Assembly: GCF_001194135.2 (NCBI RefSeq)
Contig: NC_068993.1
Location: forward strand, 6,363,574 to 6,408,404
Direction: 5' to 3'
Source of the DNA: Octopus bimaculoides
Lineage: Eukaryota
DNA length: 44,831 nt
A program made the translations under genes and the position numbers. Shown in pieces: positions 12,411 to 25,110 of this stretch (its first letter is position 1; each line of letters starts with the position of its first letter). Under the pieces are notes generated by a model that ran no database searches, was not told the DNA's origin, and worked only from the letters and a program-made list of their open reading frames with translations.

Positions 12411-12766
12411 TAACAAGAGCACTCAGAGGGCGCAAACCACCGCCAAGGCAACACCAACGTCCTCTCAACGATTAGCCAGAGATGATTTTTAAAATGAGAA
12501 TATCTGAAATAAACTCGACTGCTCTCACGAACGAGAATACTAAAAATAAACCCGACCACTCTCAGAAATTAAGTAAAAAAAAAAATAAAACAGGAAAAAA
12601 TAATCCAGAATCCTTGTCTGGTACTGGATCGATCTCAAAATCTAATCAGTTCGTACCAAACATCCCTGAAAGTTTCATCCGAATCCATCCAGCGGTTCTT
12701 GAGATACCTTGTCCACGGACAAACAAACATGACTGAAAACAGTACCTCTGTCTTCGTGGAGGTAAT
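12411..12766 (+). mobile_element. Non-autonomous Helentron/HINE-like element
   Basis: 5' taacaagagcactcagag...accaccgccaagg sub-terminal segment; internal aagtttcatccgaatccatccagcggttcttgagat; short (AAAC)n; 3' terminal hairpin tacctc-tgtcttcgtg-gaggta. This is the architecture known for DINE-1/HINE-type elements. Confidence 0.65.
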
Positions 12767-12907
12767 GATGCGAGACCAGCAATTTTTGAAGAGAGGCAAG
12801 TACTAATATCGATACTATCGACACCAGCAGTTGACTGGTATTTCATTTTGTCGACCTCGAAAGTAATGATAACCTCCCCGGGATTTAATCTCAGAATCTA
12901 AAGAACG

Positions 12908-13118
12908 CAAAAGAATTATTGCAAAGCACAATCTTCCGATCTTTTGTGGGCACCAATAATAGATTTTAAAAGAGGAAAGCCGAAACTGAAAAATCCAGAA
13001 TTTGATCTCAAAATCTTAACCAAAAGAATTATCGCAATGCATTTTTTGCCGATGTTTTGTGGCACCAAATAATAGATTTCAAAAGCAGGAAGGAGAAACC
13101 GATAAACCCAGAATTTGA
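12908..13118 (+). repeat. Degenerate two-copy tandem duplication, period about 113 nt
   Basis: caaaagaattat...gcacca...ataatagattt...ccagaatttga occurs at 12908 and 13021. Confidence 0.75.
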
Positions 13119-13690
13119 AACCGTTTCCTCCATATGATGATTTAGGCAAAATTTTGAATATAGTAATAATCGATACTTGGAACATTTCTGATTGGTCAAA
13201 AGAAAAAACAAAGTTGAATATCGTCTTTAGAAATAACGACGGCACAGAAGTTTGTTAATAACAGAATTCTTTCGATACTAATATACGAAAAACTGTTGCC
13301 ACAAATGAAGACGCTTGTAACAAAACATATTAATTAATAATGAGATCTTCAAAGAGATTCATTATGTTTGCTGGTCTTTTTTCATGGAACTTCAGAGAAG
13401 TACAGCAGAAAAAGTATAAACTAATGAATTGCTAAATGGGGCGACGTGAGACAGGAGAAGTATACAGTTATGGGGTAAATAAGTACGTTGAGGATTTCTA
13501 AAAAGATTTAATTATAATGCTTTCGGAAACCTACATTGATGTGTCTGCGTCAAATCATCCGCGATATTTTTAATATTCTTGAAATGCAGCATAATTAATA
13601 ATAACAAGGTAAGGAATAGATTTCTAATTTCTTTTATTTTCTAATTTTAAAATTTACTATTTTGTGTGTCGATATTTTTTAGTACCTAAA

Positions 13691-13840
13691 TCTGAGTTTA
13701 AATTCCGCCGAGGTCGACTTTGCCTTTCAGCCTTTCGGGGTCGATGAAATAATTCCAGTTGAACACTGGGGTCGATGTAATCGACTACCATCTCCACCAA
13801 AATCTCGATTCTTGTGCCTATAGAAGTAAAAGAATTATTT
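13691..13840 (+). mobile_element. SINE family B, 5'-truncated
   Basis: tctgagtttaaattccgccgaggtcgactttgcctttcagcctttcggggtcgat...cttgtgcctatagaagtaaaagaattatt. Confidence 0.85.
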
Positions 13841-14039
13841 AATATCTAGTTCGTTTTTTTCTTCTTTTATTTAATATTCAAAAAGACTGCGAACAACTAG
13901 CATCAAAATCTATGTAAAAAAAAAAAATAGAATCCCAATGAAACTATTTAAATATAAGGAGATATTGACAACATCTTTGTTCTCAAAATTTCTGAACTTT
14001 TGCCAAAACGAAGAACAATATTTTGAAAGAGGTGGACTG

Positions 14040-14370
14040 GAAAAATGCTTTACTGCTTTCGTTCTGGCTCTTTACATTTTTACTTCAGTTCCCGTCTTGA
14101 TCAACTTTGCCTTTCATCCTTCGGGATTCGGTAAAATAAAGTACAAATCAAATAAAAGGGGTGAAGATAACCACAAGGTCCTATCCCACACACAAAACTG
14201 TTATCTTTGTACCTAAATTAGGAACCATTTTAAAAGGCGGTAGATTGGCAGAATCGTTAGAGTTGGAATAAATGTCGTGCGCTATTGGTTTCGGTTATTT
14301 ACGTTCTGAGTTCAAACCCTGCTGAGATCAACTTTGTGCTTCATCCCTCCAGGTTCGATAAAATAAAGTT
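14040..14370 (+). mobile_element. Two degenerate SINE family B copies (14040-14150 and 14236-14370)
   Basis: gatcaactttgcctttcatccttcggg; ggcggtagattggcagaatcgttag...gttctgagttcaaac. Confidence 0.7.
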
Positions 14371-14938
14371 TGAAGATCCGCATGTTCCATTGTCGTATAC
14401 TTATTTGTTAAGAAAAAGAGGTAAAGAAGAATTGTGCCTCCTTGCTATGTCTGGGTGGCGATGGAATTTTATCCCTTAGCGCATTGGGAATCAAGTAAAG
14501 ACCTCGTAATTTTGAAGAGAAGTACTTAACTGTTCGCCAATGCATGCGTTCATGTTGAAACGATATCCACGCACGGGCAAACACAAATGCACTGATACAC
14601 ACACATGCACGGACAAATAAGTGGAAACACATATACACATAGAGGCACAAATGCACTCCCATATACAGGTGCAGAAATACAAACATATATAAACATAGAC
14701 ATATATAAATACACAAACACAAAAAAAAATACATGCATACAAATGCGCGCACAAATGCACTCACACACATACACACACAAAATACATACACAAATGCACA
14801 ACTCGTTCCGTCACTTACTCCCGTTTTTGTGAATCGATTTTAAATGGAATTATCCAATAAAACTTGAGCTGGCTTCTACGTCACCTTTATCCGGATCAAA
14901 CGGATATGAAACGTGATTAAACAGAATAGACACCTATT

Positions 14939-14980
<42 letters not shown>

Positions 14981-15085
14981 CTTTGAAGATCCTAACAGCA
15001 TCGTTCCTGCTATACATTCAAAAGAACACGCGTTTCTTCTTCTTCTCCACCTTTTCTTTCTCATCGTCATTTAATTTACTTCCAG

Positions 15086-15113
15086 TCGGCGATATCATCA
15101 CGTCGGTTTTGTC
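15086..15113 (+). other. Candidate 28-nt micro-exon (unverified)
   Basis: Long pyrimidine tract ending ...tttacttccag at 15085, donor GTAAGG at 15114; open in all frames. Confidence 0.15.
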
Positions 15114-15539
15114 GTAAGGGCTGTCATTGTAGATCTCTCACCATTGCCTTCGTCATCATCATCATCACCACCATCATCATTGTTATATTCTTATTTGTCG
15201 TTCGGCGTCCATATTACCATCGTTATCATCATCATCATCATCATCATCACCCATGGTCATATTGAACGTCGTTGTCATCATCGCCATCTCTGCTAAATTC
15301 ATCATCATTGCCGTCTCATCGCACTTCTCGACGTCGCCGCCATCTTTGTCCTTTTCCTGTGTTAGAGTCCACCACTCCACCCCCACCCCCCGCACACACG
15401 CTTGCATACACATGCACTCTCACTGCACTTACATGTACGCAGCCGTGCACGCACACCACGTACACACGCAATCACATACCACGCGCGTATACACATATAC
15501 GCGCGTGCACACACACACACCGCACACGCGCGCACCACA

Positions 15540-15800
15540 CACTCATTCGCTCCTCACTCACTCACTCTTCACTCACTTCTACTCCTCACTCACTCCTCGC
15601 TCACTCACTCCTCGCTCACTCACTCTCTCACTCGCTTAGCGCTCACTCGCTTAGCGCTCACTCATTCGCACGCTCACTCACGCCTACGCTCACTCACTCA
15701 CTCGCACGATCACTCACTCACGCACACTCACACATACACTATCTCACTCGCACGCTCACTCAGTCTCTCTCTCTCTCTCCCTCACTCATTCAGACTCTCT
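15540..15800. repeat. Degenerate (CACT)n/(CT)n low-complexity tract
   Basis: Directly visible. Confidence 0.9.
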
Positions 15801-16329
15801 CACTCCCGCACACACACACGCATACATACACATGTACCCGCACACGCACATCTACACCCCTCTATTGAAATTGTCAATAGACATCGGGGTATTGTATCTA
15901 ATCAGAATCCTTCATATTGATTTTCAATTCCGTCAAGAACTGCTGAAAATCGATATGTCGTTAATTCACGGCATAAACGTAATTTTCTTTTCAAAGTAAC
16001 ACTGAATTGTATAATGATATATAACCAAATTAAAAACGCTGCTTCAATAGCGAAGGCCTCGCTGTCATCGCAGCAGACAAAAATATAATTAACTATGCTA
16101 CAGAATAGAATTTCAAGAGAAAGAAATATATGTATATACATGCATACACGTGTGTATATACTTGCTCGTCTGTGTGTGTGTGTCTGTGTGTGTATTTATA
16201 TGGTGTGTGTACATGCAATATATATATATATACACACTTGTACGTAGGTATACATGAACGTACGTATATATATATATATATATATATATNNNNNNNNNNN
16301 NNNNNNNNNNNNNNNNNNNNNNNNNNNNN

Positions 16330-16365
<36 letters not shown>

Positions 16366-16826
16366 AACATTTTATATACATATATATATATATATATATA
16401 CGTATATATATACATGCATACACGTGTGTGTATATGCAAAATATATATATACACACTTGTGCGTGGGTATACATGTACGTACGTATATATATATATATAC
16501 ACATATATGTGTATATATATATGCAGTGTTTGTATATATGTACGTACACACACACACTAGTGATAGCAAGGGTCGCAGGGGAATATTTTTGTTAACATGA
16601 AGCAAACAACTGTATTCTTAGATTTTTATTCATAACACACACAAGAAACAAATAACATAGACAAGACGCCCTCTGTCGGTGTCATGGCTGTCCCATTTTA
16701 TCAACAAAGGGTTAATGGTAAAATAATTTCCGCTTCTTCTCATGAAAGTCATTTCATTTTTTTTTATTATTATTATTATTCGAGAATGTATATTGAAGAA
16801 TTGACGGCGGCAACTGTGCAGCAGCC

Positions 16827-16995
16827 TTTTATCTTCAATCATTAGCCTACGGCCATGATGCAGCACCGCTTGAAGGGCTCAGTCGAACGAACCGGATCCA
16901 GTACTTAAGCTTATTTGTGGCCTGAGACTGAGTCAATCAGTCTCTATTTGCTGAGTTGTGAAGTTACGTAAACAAACCATCGTCGGTTATCAGGT
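16827..16995 (-). mobile_element. SINE family A 3' part, degenerate
   Basis: ggccatgatgcagcaccgcttgaaggg...agtcgaacgaaccggatccagtactta is the reverse of the family A tail. Confidence 0.6.
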
Positions 16996-17019
16996 GGTGT
17001 GTGCTTAACCGGTACATAA

Positions 17020-17135
17020 TTTATTTTATCGACCTTGAAAGGTTAAAAAGCAAAGTCGACTGAGGCGGAATTTGAACTTATAATGTGAAACCGGACGAAA
17101 TGACGCTGTACATTTTGTCCGGCACGTGCTACCAA
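17020..17135 (-). mobile_element. SINE family B fragment
   Basis: tttatcgaccttgaaaggttaaaaagcaaagtcgactgaggcggaatttgaact. Confidence 0.75.
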
Positions 17136-17149
17136 TGTTATCACGAACC

Positions 17150-17345
17150 AATAAGGTGAGAGATCCTCTACGCAGTCACTCCACCTGATAGAAATAGCAG
17201 ACACCTTTTCTTCAGATCACTAGCAATCGTCTTTAAACTAGAAATACCAAACGAACAAATAAAAATTCAAAACGGGATGTTCACGGTTGGAGCGCCTTTG
17301 ATCGAGGATATTTTTTATCATCCAGCTCCGACACGCTCCTAAAGC
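17150..17345 (+). mobile_element. Interspersed repeat family E, degenerate
   Basis: cagtcactccacctgatagaaatagcag...cacggttggagcgcctttgatc; similar to 10610-10770 and, reversed, to about 28830-28880. Confidence 0.4.
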
Positions 17346-17430
17346 TATAACGCGCTTATTCCCGTCAAACTACCATCTTATTACTTCATTCCTAAATACG
17401 GTTACGGCCTCTACCGTACTGATGGTACGA

Positions 17431-17560
17431 GCGGTTCGGCAAAAGCTACCGATTGAATAAGTACAAAGAATAAGTCCTGGGGTCGATTTCTTCGACTAAA
17501 ACCCTTTAAGGCGGTACTGAAGCATGGCCGTAGTCAAATAACTGAAACGTGTAAAAGAAT
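17431..17560 (+). mobile_element. SINE family A 3' part
   Basis: gcggttcggcaaaag...aagaataagtcctggggtcgatttcttcgactaaa...ggcggtactgaagcatggccg. Confidence 0.85.
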
Positions 17561-17724
17561 ATGGTGGACTCTCCTGTCGTAACCCGTAGGTGAGGGTCCC
17601 ACAATTTTTTTTTTTCTTTTTTTGCCGAATAATCTGCATCAAATAATTGTGCAGTACATAAGTTCACTCGCTCCATCAAACTGACGTTGCCTGGACAGAG
17701 GTGGAAAACGTCTGGTGTGAAAGG

Positions 17725-17851
17725 GATCGCAGAGCAGCGAGAAGTGAAGCATTTTTCTCAAGAACACAACGCATTGCCCAGTCCAGGAATTGAAACCACA
17801 ATCACGGGATCGTGAGTACAGCACCCTAACCACTAGGCAACGCACCTACAC
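17725..17851 (-). mobile_element. SINE family D head
   Basis: Reverse complement gtgtaggtgcgttgcctagtggttagggtg...ggtttcaattcc (A and B boxes). Confidence 0.75.
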
Positions 17852-17865
17852 TCTTTCTCTCTATC

Positions 17866-17896
<31 letters not shown>

Positions 17897-17960
17897 TATA
17901 TATATATATTCAAGCAAATCAACCTCGGGACTTATTCTNNNNNNNNNNTATATATATATT

Positions 17961-18292
17961 CAAGCAAATCAACCTCGGGACTTATTCTGTGTAAGCCTAG
18001 TACTTATTCTATCAGCCTCTTTTGTCGAACCGCTAAGTTAAGGAGACATAAACACACCAACATTGGTTGTCAAGCGATACTGGGGAGTTCAAACACACAC
18101 TCATACACATACATACATATATATATATATATATTACGAGCTTCTTTCAGTTTCCGTCTCCCAATCCACTCTCAAGGCCTTGGGCGGCCCGAGGCTATAG
18201 GAGAAGACACTTGCTCAAGGTGCCACGCAGTGGGACTGAACCCGGAACCATGAGGTTGGTAAGCAAACTACTTGCCACACAACCACGCCTGC
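17961..18292 (-). mobile_element. SINE family A, near full-length
   Basis: Reverse-strand homologue of 932-1281 with head ending at 18292. Confidence 0.9.
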
Positions 18293-18629
18293 TAGAGGAG
18301 TGAGGGAGAGGAAATCAAACAGTGAAAAGAAACGGTGCTATTAATCCACCAGTCTACCTTTCAAGAATAAATGGAAAATAAATTCGTTTCTCATCGTTTG
18401 AAGAGGTTATCCGTTTTATCTAAGATCTAGGATTCTCATAAACTTCAAATCTGTTCTCTGGAATCCAACTGTATCACAAACGAATAGTAAATAAGATCAG
18501 CGAGTCTAAGAGATAAGATATTAAAATAAATGGATGCTTTCGTTTGACTACAAAATAGAAGATTAATCTTTTACTAACAGCCTCTGCCATTCCTTCTCTC
18601 GCTCCTTCTATCCCTCTGTTGCTTTCTTT

Positions 18630-18721
18630 CCTTCCATCTGTCTCTCTCTCTCTCTCCTTTGCTTCTCGAATCTCTCTCTCTCTCATCGTATGTCATTCTC
18701 TCTCTCTCTCTCTGAATACCA

Positions 18722-18816
<95 letters not shown>

Positions 18817-18987
18817 ACCATCTCTCTCTCTCTCTCTGCATACCATCGCTCTCTCTCTATCTCTCTCTCTCTCTTTTTTACCCTATATCCCATCTCTTTC
18901 TCTCTTTGTCTTTTTCTTTCTTTCCTCTCTCTCTCTTCCCTTCATTCTCTGCATCTCTCTCTCTCTCTGCATCTCTCTCTCTCTCTC

Positions 18988-19024
<37 letters not shown>

Positions 19025-19153
19025 ACCATCGCTCTCTCTCTCTATCTCTCTCTCTCTCTTTTTTACCCTATATCCCATCTCTTTCTCTTTCTTTCTCTCT
19101 CTCTCTCTTCCCTTCATTCTCTGCATCTCTCTCTCTCTCTGCATCTCTCTCTC
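18630..19153. repeat. (CT)n-rich compound repeat with an internal duplication of about 180 nt
   Basis: gcataccatcgctctc...ttttaccctatatcccatctctttc...cccttcattctctgcat occurs at about 18838 and again at 19021. Confidence 0.9.
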
Positions 19154-20431
19154 NNNNNNNNNNNNNNNNNNNNNNNNNNNNNNNNNNNNNNNNNNNNNNN
19201 NNNNNNNNNNNNNNNNNNNNNNNNNNNNNNNNNNNNNNNNNNNNNNNNNNNNNNNNNNNNNNNNNNNNNNNNNNNNNNNNNNNNNNNNNNNNNNNNNNNN
19301 NNNNNNNNNNNNNNNNNNNNNNNNNNNNNNNNNNNNNNNNNNNNNNNNNNNNNNNNNNNNNNNNNNNNNNNNNNNNNNNNNNNNNNNNNNNNNNNNNNNN
19401 NNNNNNNNNNNNNNNNNNNNNNNNNNNNNNNNNNNNNNNNNNNNNNNNNNNNNNNNNNNNNNNNNNNNNNNNNNNNNNNNNNNNNNNNNNNNNNNNNNNN
19501 NNNNNNNNNNNNNNNNNNNNNNNNNNNNNNNNNNNNNNNNNNNNNNNNNNNNNNNNNNNNNNNNNNNNNNNNNNNNNNNNNNNNNNNNNNNNNNNNNNNN
19601 NNNNNNNNNNNNNNNNNNNNNNNNNNNNNNNNNNNNNNNNNNNNNNNNNNNNNNNNNNNNNNNNNNNNNNNNNNNNNNNNNNNNNNNNNNNNNNNNNNNN
19701 NNNNNNNNNNNNNNNNNNNNNNNNNNNNNNNNNNNNNNNNNNNNNNNNNNNNNNNNNNNNNNNNNNNNNNNNNNNNNNNNNNNNNNNNNNNNNNNNNNNT
19801 GTGTGTGTGTAATGAACGGGTATGGGGAAAATTGTGGAGTAGGTTTTGTATACGAGAGATCGAGTAAGCTAGATATAGATGAGCAGGTATCTATATATGA
19901 GAGAGATGTATTGAAACAGTTTTGTGTGGATAGATTGATAGATATGTATGTGTATATAATTATATATATATATATATATATATAATTATACTTATCATTT
20001 TTCGTTCATTCATTGACACAGTCTTTCCAGTTATTCATTCCTTATTTGACAATTGTTATTTATCCTTCACTGTCATTCATTCATTCTCTCTCATTTATTG
20101 TCATGTCATTTCTGCCATTTTCCTATCTTGGTTTAAATACTTTGTTTCCTTTTTTTTTTTCTGTTTTTCTCCTGATTCCCTTTTCAATAACGTTTGCAGT
20201 AAATATATATTTTAAACGGCCTTCTATATATAAATCAACATTTTACAATCACATCCCATCTCTCTCTCTCTCTTTCTCTCTTTATCTCTCTCTCTCTCTC
20301 TNNNNNNNNNNNNNNNNNNNNNNNNNNNNNNNNNNNNNNNNNNNNNNNNNNNNNNNNNNNNNNNNNNNNNNNNNNNNNNNNNNNNNNNNNNNNNNNNNNN
20401 NNNNNNNNNNNNNNNNNNNNNNNNNNNNNNG

Positions 20432-20462
<31 letters not shown>

Positions 20463-20719
20463 ATCCATTCTTTGTGATCATTATAACAGTCTTTGACTCT
20501 ACATTGTGTCACACACACACACACGTTTCATGTGAAGTTTTTCCTTTCGTCGATGAAATATTTCTTTCACCGGTGAAAGTTGTTAAATATACATCTCTGT
20601 AAAAGATGTATATGCAACATAATCCAACAGCTTATACAAACGTATTAATAATATACCTCTGGTCGATATCAATGTTGAAACATTAAGTCTCGATAAACGT
20701 GGGCTGTAACAGACGACAA

Positions 20720-21060
20720 ACACATTCGCCATTTTTTTCCCCCATCCTTTCATTGAAGTTTACCGTTTTCTGTAAACTTGGATGAGAATAAATGGATTCT
20801 GCCGTCTTGTATTCAAGATAAGAACAATAGCAAAATCCCTTGCCTAATCTCAGTTTTTTCCTTTCCCGTTAAGGCTTAAATACTCCACTGCAAAATTCGC
20901 CAATAAAATCATTTTTATAACATTCTTATAACTGACTGCATAATGTTTTTCTTTGTTTCTTTATTATCAGGTTTTGTCATTCCGCTTCGAATAACTTAGG
21001 TGTTTACCCATTGGAAGGTCATAAAATTGGAATTTTAGAAGAAAAATACAGAAGACATTC
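20720..21060 (-). pseudogene. Possible decayed protein-primed DNA polymerase B C-terminus (Maverick/Polinton-like)
   Basis: Collinear minus-strand peptides YDLPMGKHL (20997-21023), DFIGEFCSG (20884-20910), KTEIRQGI (20834-20857) and LEYKTAESI (20791-20817) resemble YDPPLGDYL, DYIxEFVSG, KVKGI and LNYK; frames are broken and the YxDTDS motif was not seen. Confidence 0.25.
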
Positions 21061-21307
21061 GACTTGAAATTTGAAAGCTGAACTTTACAAATATATAGTG
21101 ATGTTGGACCTATCCCGAAATGATCAACGACATGAAGAGGTAAAAGCATATTTTTTTGTTATCATAGCATTAGTAATTCCCTTATCTATTGGATGATATA
21201 TTGTGATCTTTAAATGAAGTCGAAAACATGGTTTCCATATGAGAATAAAGTTGTCACTAATGATCAAGATACATACAGTTAGTTTACTTTGATCTGTACC
21301 TCTGTCT

Positions 21308-21338
<31 letters not shown>

Positions 21339-21350
21339 CGTGTGTATGTG

Positions 21351-21392
<42 letters not shown>

Positions 21393-22051
21393 ATGAGCGA
21401 GAATGGGGATTAGATATACGTACATACAGCGATACACTGGGATAGTTCTAATAAAGCAGTTTTGCAGCGAAAATTTTGGCACCTCAAGAAATAATGAAGT
21501 TTTCGCATGTTTTATGTTGGCTAAAATGGCCAGTCTAACTAAGATGTAATTTCCGTTGTTGGAGTCGTACCAAACCGTTCAAATTTTAATATATGTAATG
21601 CTGAAACAAGTACGAAACGGTATCGGCTCAAGTCACCTGATTAACTCCCAAATTCCGTCAGCATCCTTTCATGAATATACCTTCCATATCCCTGTAACTT
21701 CTTATATTTCGATATTTTGTATTGTGGACAATCCGGATTGGATAATATCGTAATGATCTTTTCAGGTAACTTCTGAAGATTTTGGCCACATCTCTGTTGG
21801 TCAAGGTTGACCACCAGACCTCTGCACATGCGTGTTGTAGTGGGGGTAGGCCCAGGCAAGGTTTGGAGGGAAAAAAACTTGCAATTACTCATGCCTGCAT
21901 GGAGTGCACTTTATGTTTGAGGCTCTGAGGAAAGTGCAAGGTGTTGACTAAGGCACTCAGTTATGAGTCAACCACATCTTACAACGGAAACGGCTGTAAG
22001 CTAATGAAGTTCATAAGATAATCATTTATTCCTTTGTCATCTCTTTTCCTA

Positions 22052-22148
<97 letters not shown>

Positions 22149-22224
22149 CAGATATAGGGCAGGTGAAGCAACTCATGCTGACCCCTATATATTTATGATT
22201 ATATATATATATATATATATATAT

Positions 22225-22374
22225 GACAGGCTTCTTTCAGTTTCCGTCTACCAAATCCACTCACAGCTGTAGGCTATAGTAGAAGACACTTGCCCAAGGT
22301 GCCATGATGTGGGACTGAACACGGAACCATGTGGTTGGGAAGAAAGCTTCTTACCACACCAATACGCCTGCGCC
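22225..22374 (-). mobile_element. SINE family A 5' half
   Basis: ggcttctttcagtttccgtctaccaaatccactcac...gaagacacttgcccaaggtgcc...gcctgcgcct. Confidence 0.9.
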
Positions 22375-22983
22375 TTATGAAATTCTATTATGTAAAACAA
22401 AAAATTGCCGCAGTCTCGGCCCCGGGGCTCGATGAGGGCTTATAAAGATACGAACACGCGAATCTTTTGTCTATATTTCCTGCCTCGAAACTAAATATGT
22501 AAAACGACCCCTTGTTTTGGTTGTTGTTGTTGTTGTTATTGATGTTGTTCTTATTTTTATTTGTAATTTTTAAGGTAGTTGTTGTTGTTGCTGTGTTCTT
22601 GCCACTACTTTTGTTGTTTTAATCTCTCGTTTTTCTCTCGGGCGAAGATTGTGATTTTATTTCGCATTTCGTGATAATACATGGAAACCTTTCACAGATA
22701 TACGCATTCATAAATATACACGTACTCAGTTTGATGTCCCTACACATACATACACGCACACATATATTTATCTCACGTATACACAAATATATACTCACGC
22801 ACACGCCAATATATTCCCATACTCAAATATACTTTCACACACACACAAGCGTATATAAACGTGTGGGTGTACATGTGTATAGGTGTGTGTAATATATACG
22901 CGTGTGCCTCCATCGGTTTATGGACAACGCTTGCATGCTGATAGACGCAGTTGCGTCAGCAAATGTGTGAGTCCATGCGTGTT

Positions 22984-23061
<78 letters not shown>

Positions 23062-23367
23062 CGTATATGTATATAATGTATATATTGTATTGGCGTTTAT
23101 GTATACATTGACGAGTGTAACGTTAATTCTGAGTCTATTGAAAGTTGTGTGTGTAGATATAGGCGAGTGAGAGTGTGTACAAGTTGGAGCGTGTGTTCAC
23201 ATGTATGTGTGTATAAGATATTCGCTTCTTGCTTCATTTTCACAATGATCCCCCTCCCTCCCTAATGTCCATCTTATTCAGTGTTTCTCTACCTCTTCTA
23301 CATTATTTCTTTTTTTTTCCACCAAATATCGTTTTTTTCTTACTATCTGTCTCTCTCTTTCTTTGCG

Positions 23368-23403
<36 letters not shown>

Positions 23404-23445
23404 ATATAATATGTGTATCTCTTTCTCACTCTCATCACTACATCT

Positions 23446-23485
<40 letters not shown>

Positions 23486-24592
23486 GGGATGCAGCTTAAA
23501 TGAATTATATACACAATTCCCTNNNNNNNNNNNNNNNNNNNNNNNNNNNNNNNNNNNNNNNNNNNNNNNNNNNNNNNNNNNNNNNNNNNNNNNNNNNNNN
23601 NNNNNNNNNNNNNNNNNNNNNNNNNNNNNNNNNNNNNNNNNNNNNNNNNNNNNNNNNNNNNNNNNNNNNNNNNNNNNNNNNNNNNNNNNNNNNNNNNNNN
23701 NNNNNNNNNNNNNNNNNNNNNNNNNNNNNNNNNNNNNNNNNNNNNNNNNNNNNNNNNNNNNNNNNNNNNNNNNNNNNNNNNNNNNNNNNNNNNNNNNNNN
23801 NNNNNNNNNNNNNNNNNNNNNNNNNNNNNNNNNNNNNNNNNNNNNNNNNNNNNNNNNNNNNNNNNNNNNNNNNNNNNNNNNNNNNNNNNNNNNNNNNNNN
23901 NNNNNNNNNNNNNNNNNNNNNNNNNNNNNNNNNNNNNNNNNNNNNNAAAAATATTATATAATAAATTCTGCTTCCACTTAACCCGTGAGCCCCCTAAATC
24001 AAATATCTCCCCCCTTTACCCACCCACCCACCTATAGACAAAACTTCATTATCATCCGCACAAACTGTCCATTTTTAATAAATAATATTAAAGTTATATT
24101 CTCCAGTGATATATACCTATTAACCCATTTTAACCCTGTCGAAATTTTGAAGATTGTTATACAAACAGGGATAACAAACATACGGAAGCGTCCAGTTAAC
24201 CTTTATTGCAGTAAACTACGTTACATTCTAACTGCGCCACTAGCTCCATCTGAGGCGAGATTATCAGAACAGACGTATATCTTTTAAGAGAATATATCGC
24301 TGATCTCGAAGTAACTTTAACTCCAAACAGTCTGGCTGACTTGAGAAGTTATATACTTAAAACCGACTAAATATCAGATATCGAAATAGGAAACTAAAGA
24401 AAATGAAAGACTAAATACGGAAAATACATACGGCAAACAAAAATATCAAGAAGGGAAAGATAAACATCAAAGCTCTAAACATTGAGGAAGTAAATCGCCA
24501 AGACAGACATAGCAAACAAATAAAACAAACAAAGGAATAACGAACAAAACTGTAAAACTCCAACATTTCGAGGAAAATAGAGCAACAAATAA

Positions 24593-24629
<37 letters not shown>

Positions 24630-24689
24630 CGTAAGTGAATATATGACAGTTAAGAATAAAAAATTCTAAAGCTGGACATTTTAAATATG

Positions 24690-25110
24690 GTAACAATCTA
24701 ATGATAGAAATATTTAAAGAATTAAAATCGATAAATGTTTGTATGGGCGAGAGAAAGACTCCTCTCAACAGGAAAAATAAAATGGCGGCATATAGAAAAA
24801 AATACCGTGAAATGGGCTAATGTTGAGATAGTGGAAACAGATGTAAACATGAATATTACCAGGACAAATCAACTAATCTGTGTAACAGACACAATAGTCA
24901 CAAAGCAAAGTTGATATTGTCTCAGAACTACTTTTATATAAACAGTTAACCCAGAGCAAACAATGTAGGAAAACAGGAAAAAAAATAGAAAATAACTGTA
25001 AACTATATAAAAAAATACAGCAATCTTTTTTAATGAAACCATCGACCAAGAAAAGACGCAAATATAAAGAATGAGAAAGATGTACATTAGAAATTCTACA
25101 GAAACCTAAC
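24690..25110 (+). pseudogene. Heavily decayed non-LTR (RTE-like) reverse transcriptase fragment
   Basis: GNRCKHEYY followed (frameshifted) by QLICVT resembles GDxxxCxNYRxISL; IDQEK at 25041 resembles IDYEKAFD; order is collinear with RT domains 1-2. Confidence 0.35.

Noticed and set aside
17899-17988. About 40-nt duplication around a 10-N gap
   Set aside because: Same assembly-overlap artefact.
21895-21975. CTGAGGA followed by hairpins (tgcacttt/aaagtgca, gttgact/agtcaac)
   Set aside because: No GAAA after the putative stem II; short stems are expected by chance.
22428-22495. cgatgagggc...gcctcgaaac hammerhead-like spacing
   Set aside because: Core reads TCGATGA rather than CTGANGA, the stem II loop is about 40 nt, and there is no NUH/stem I partner.
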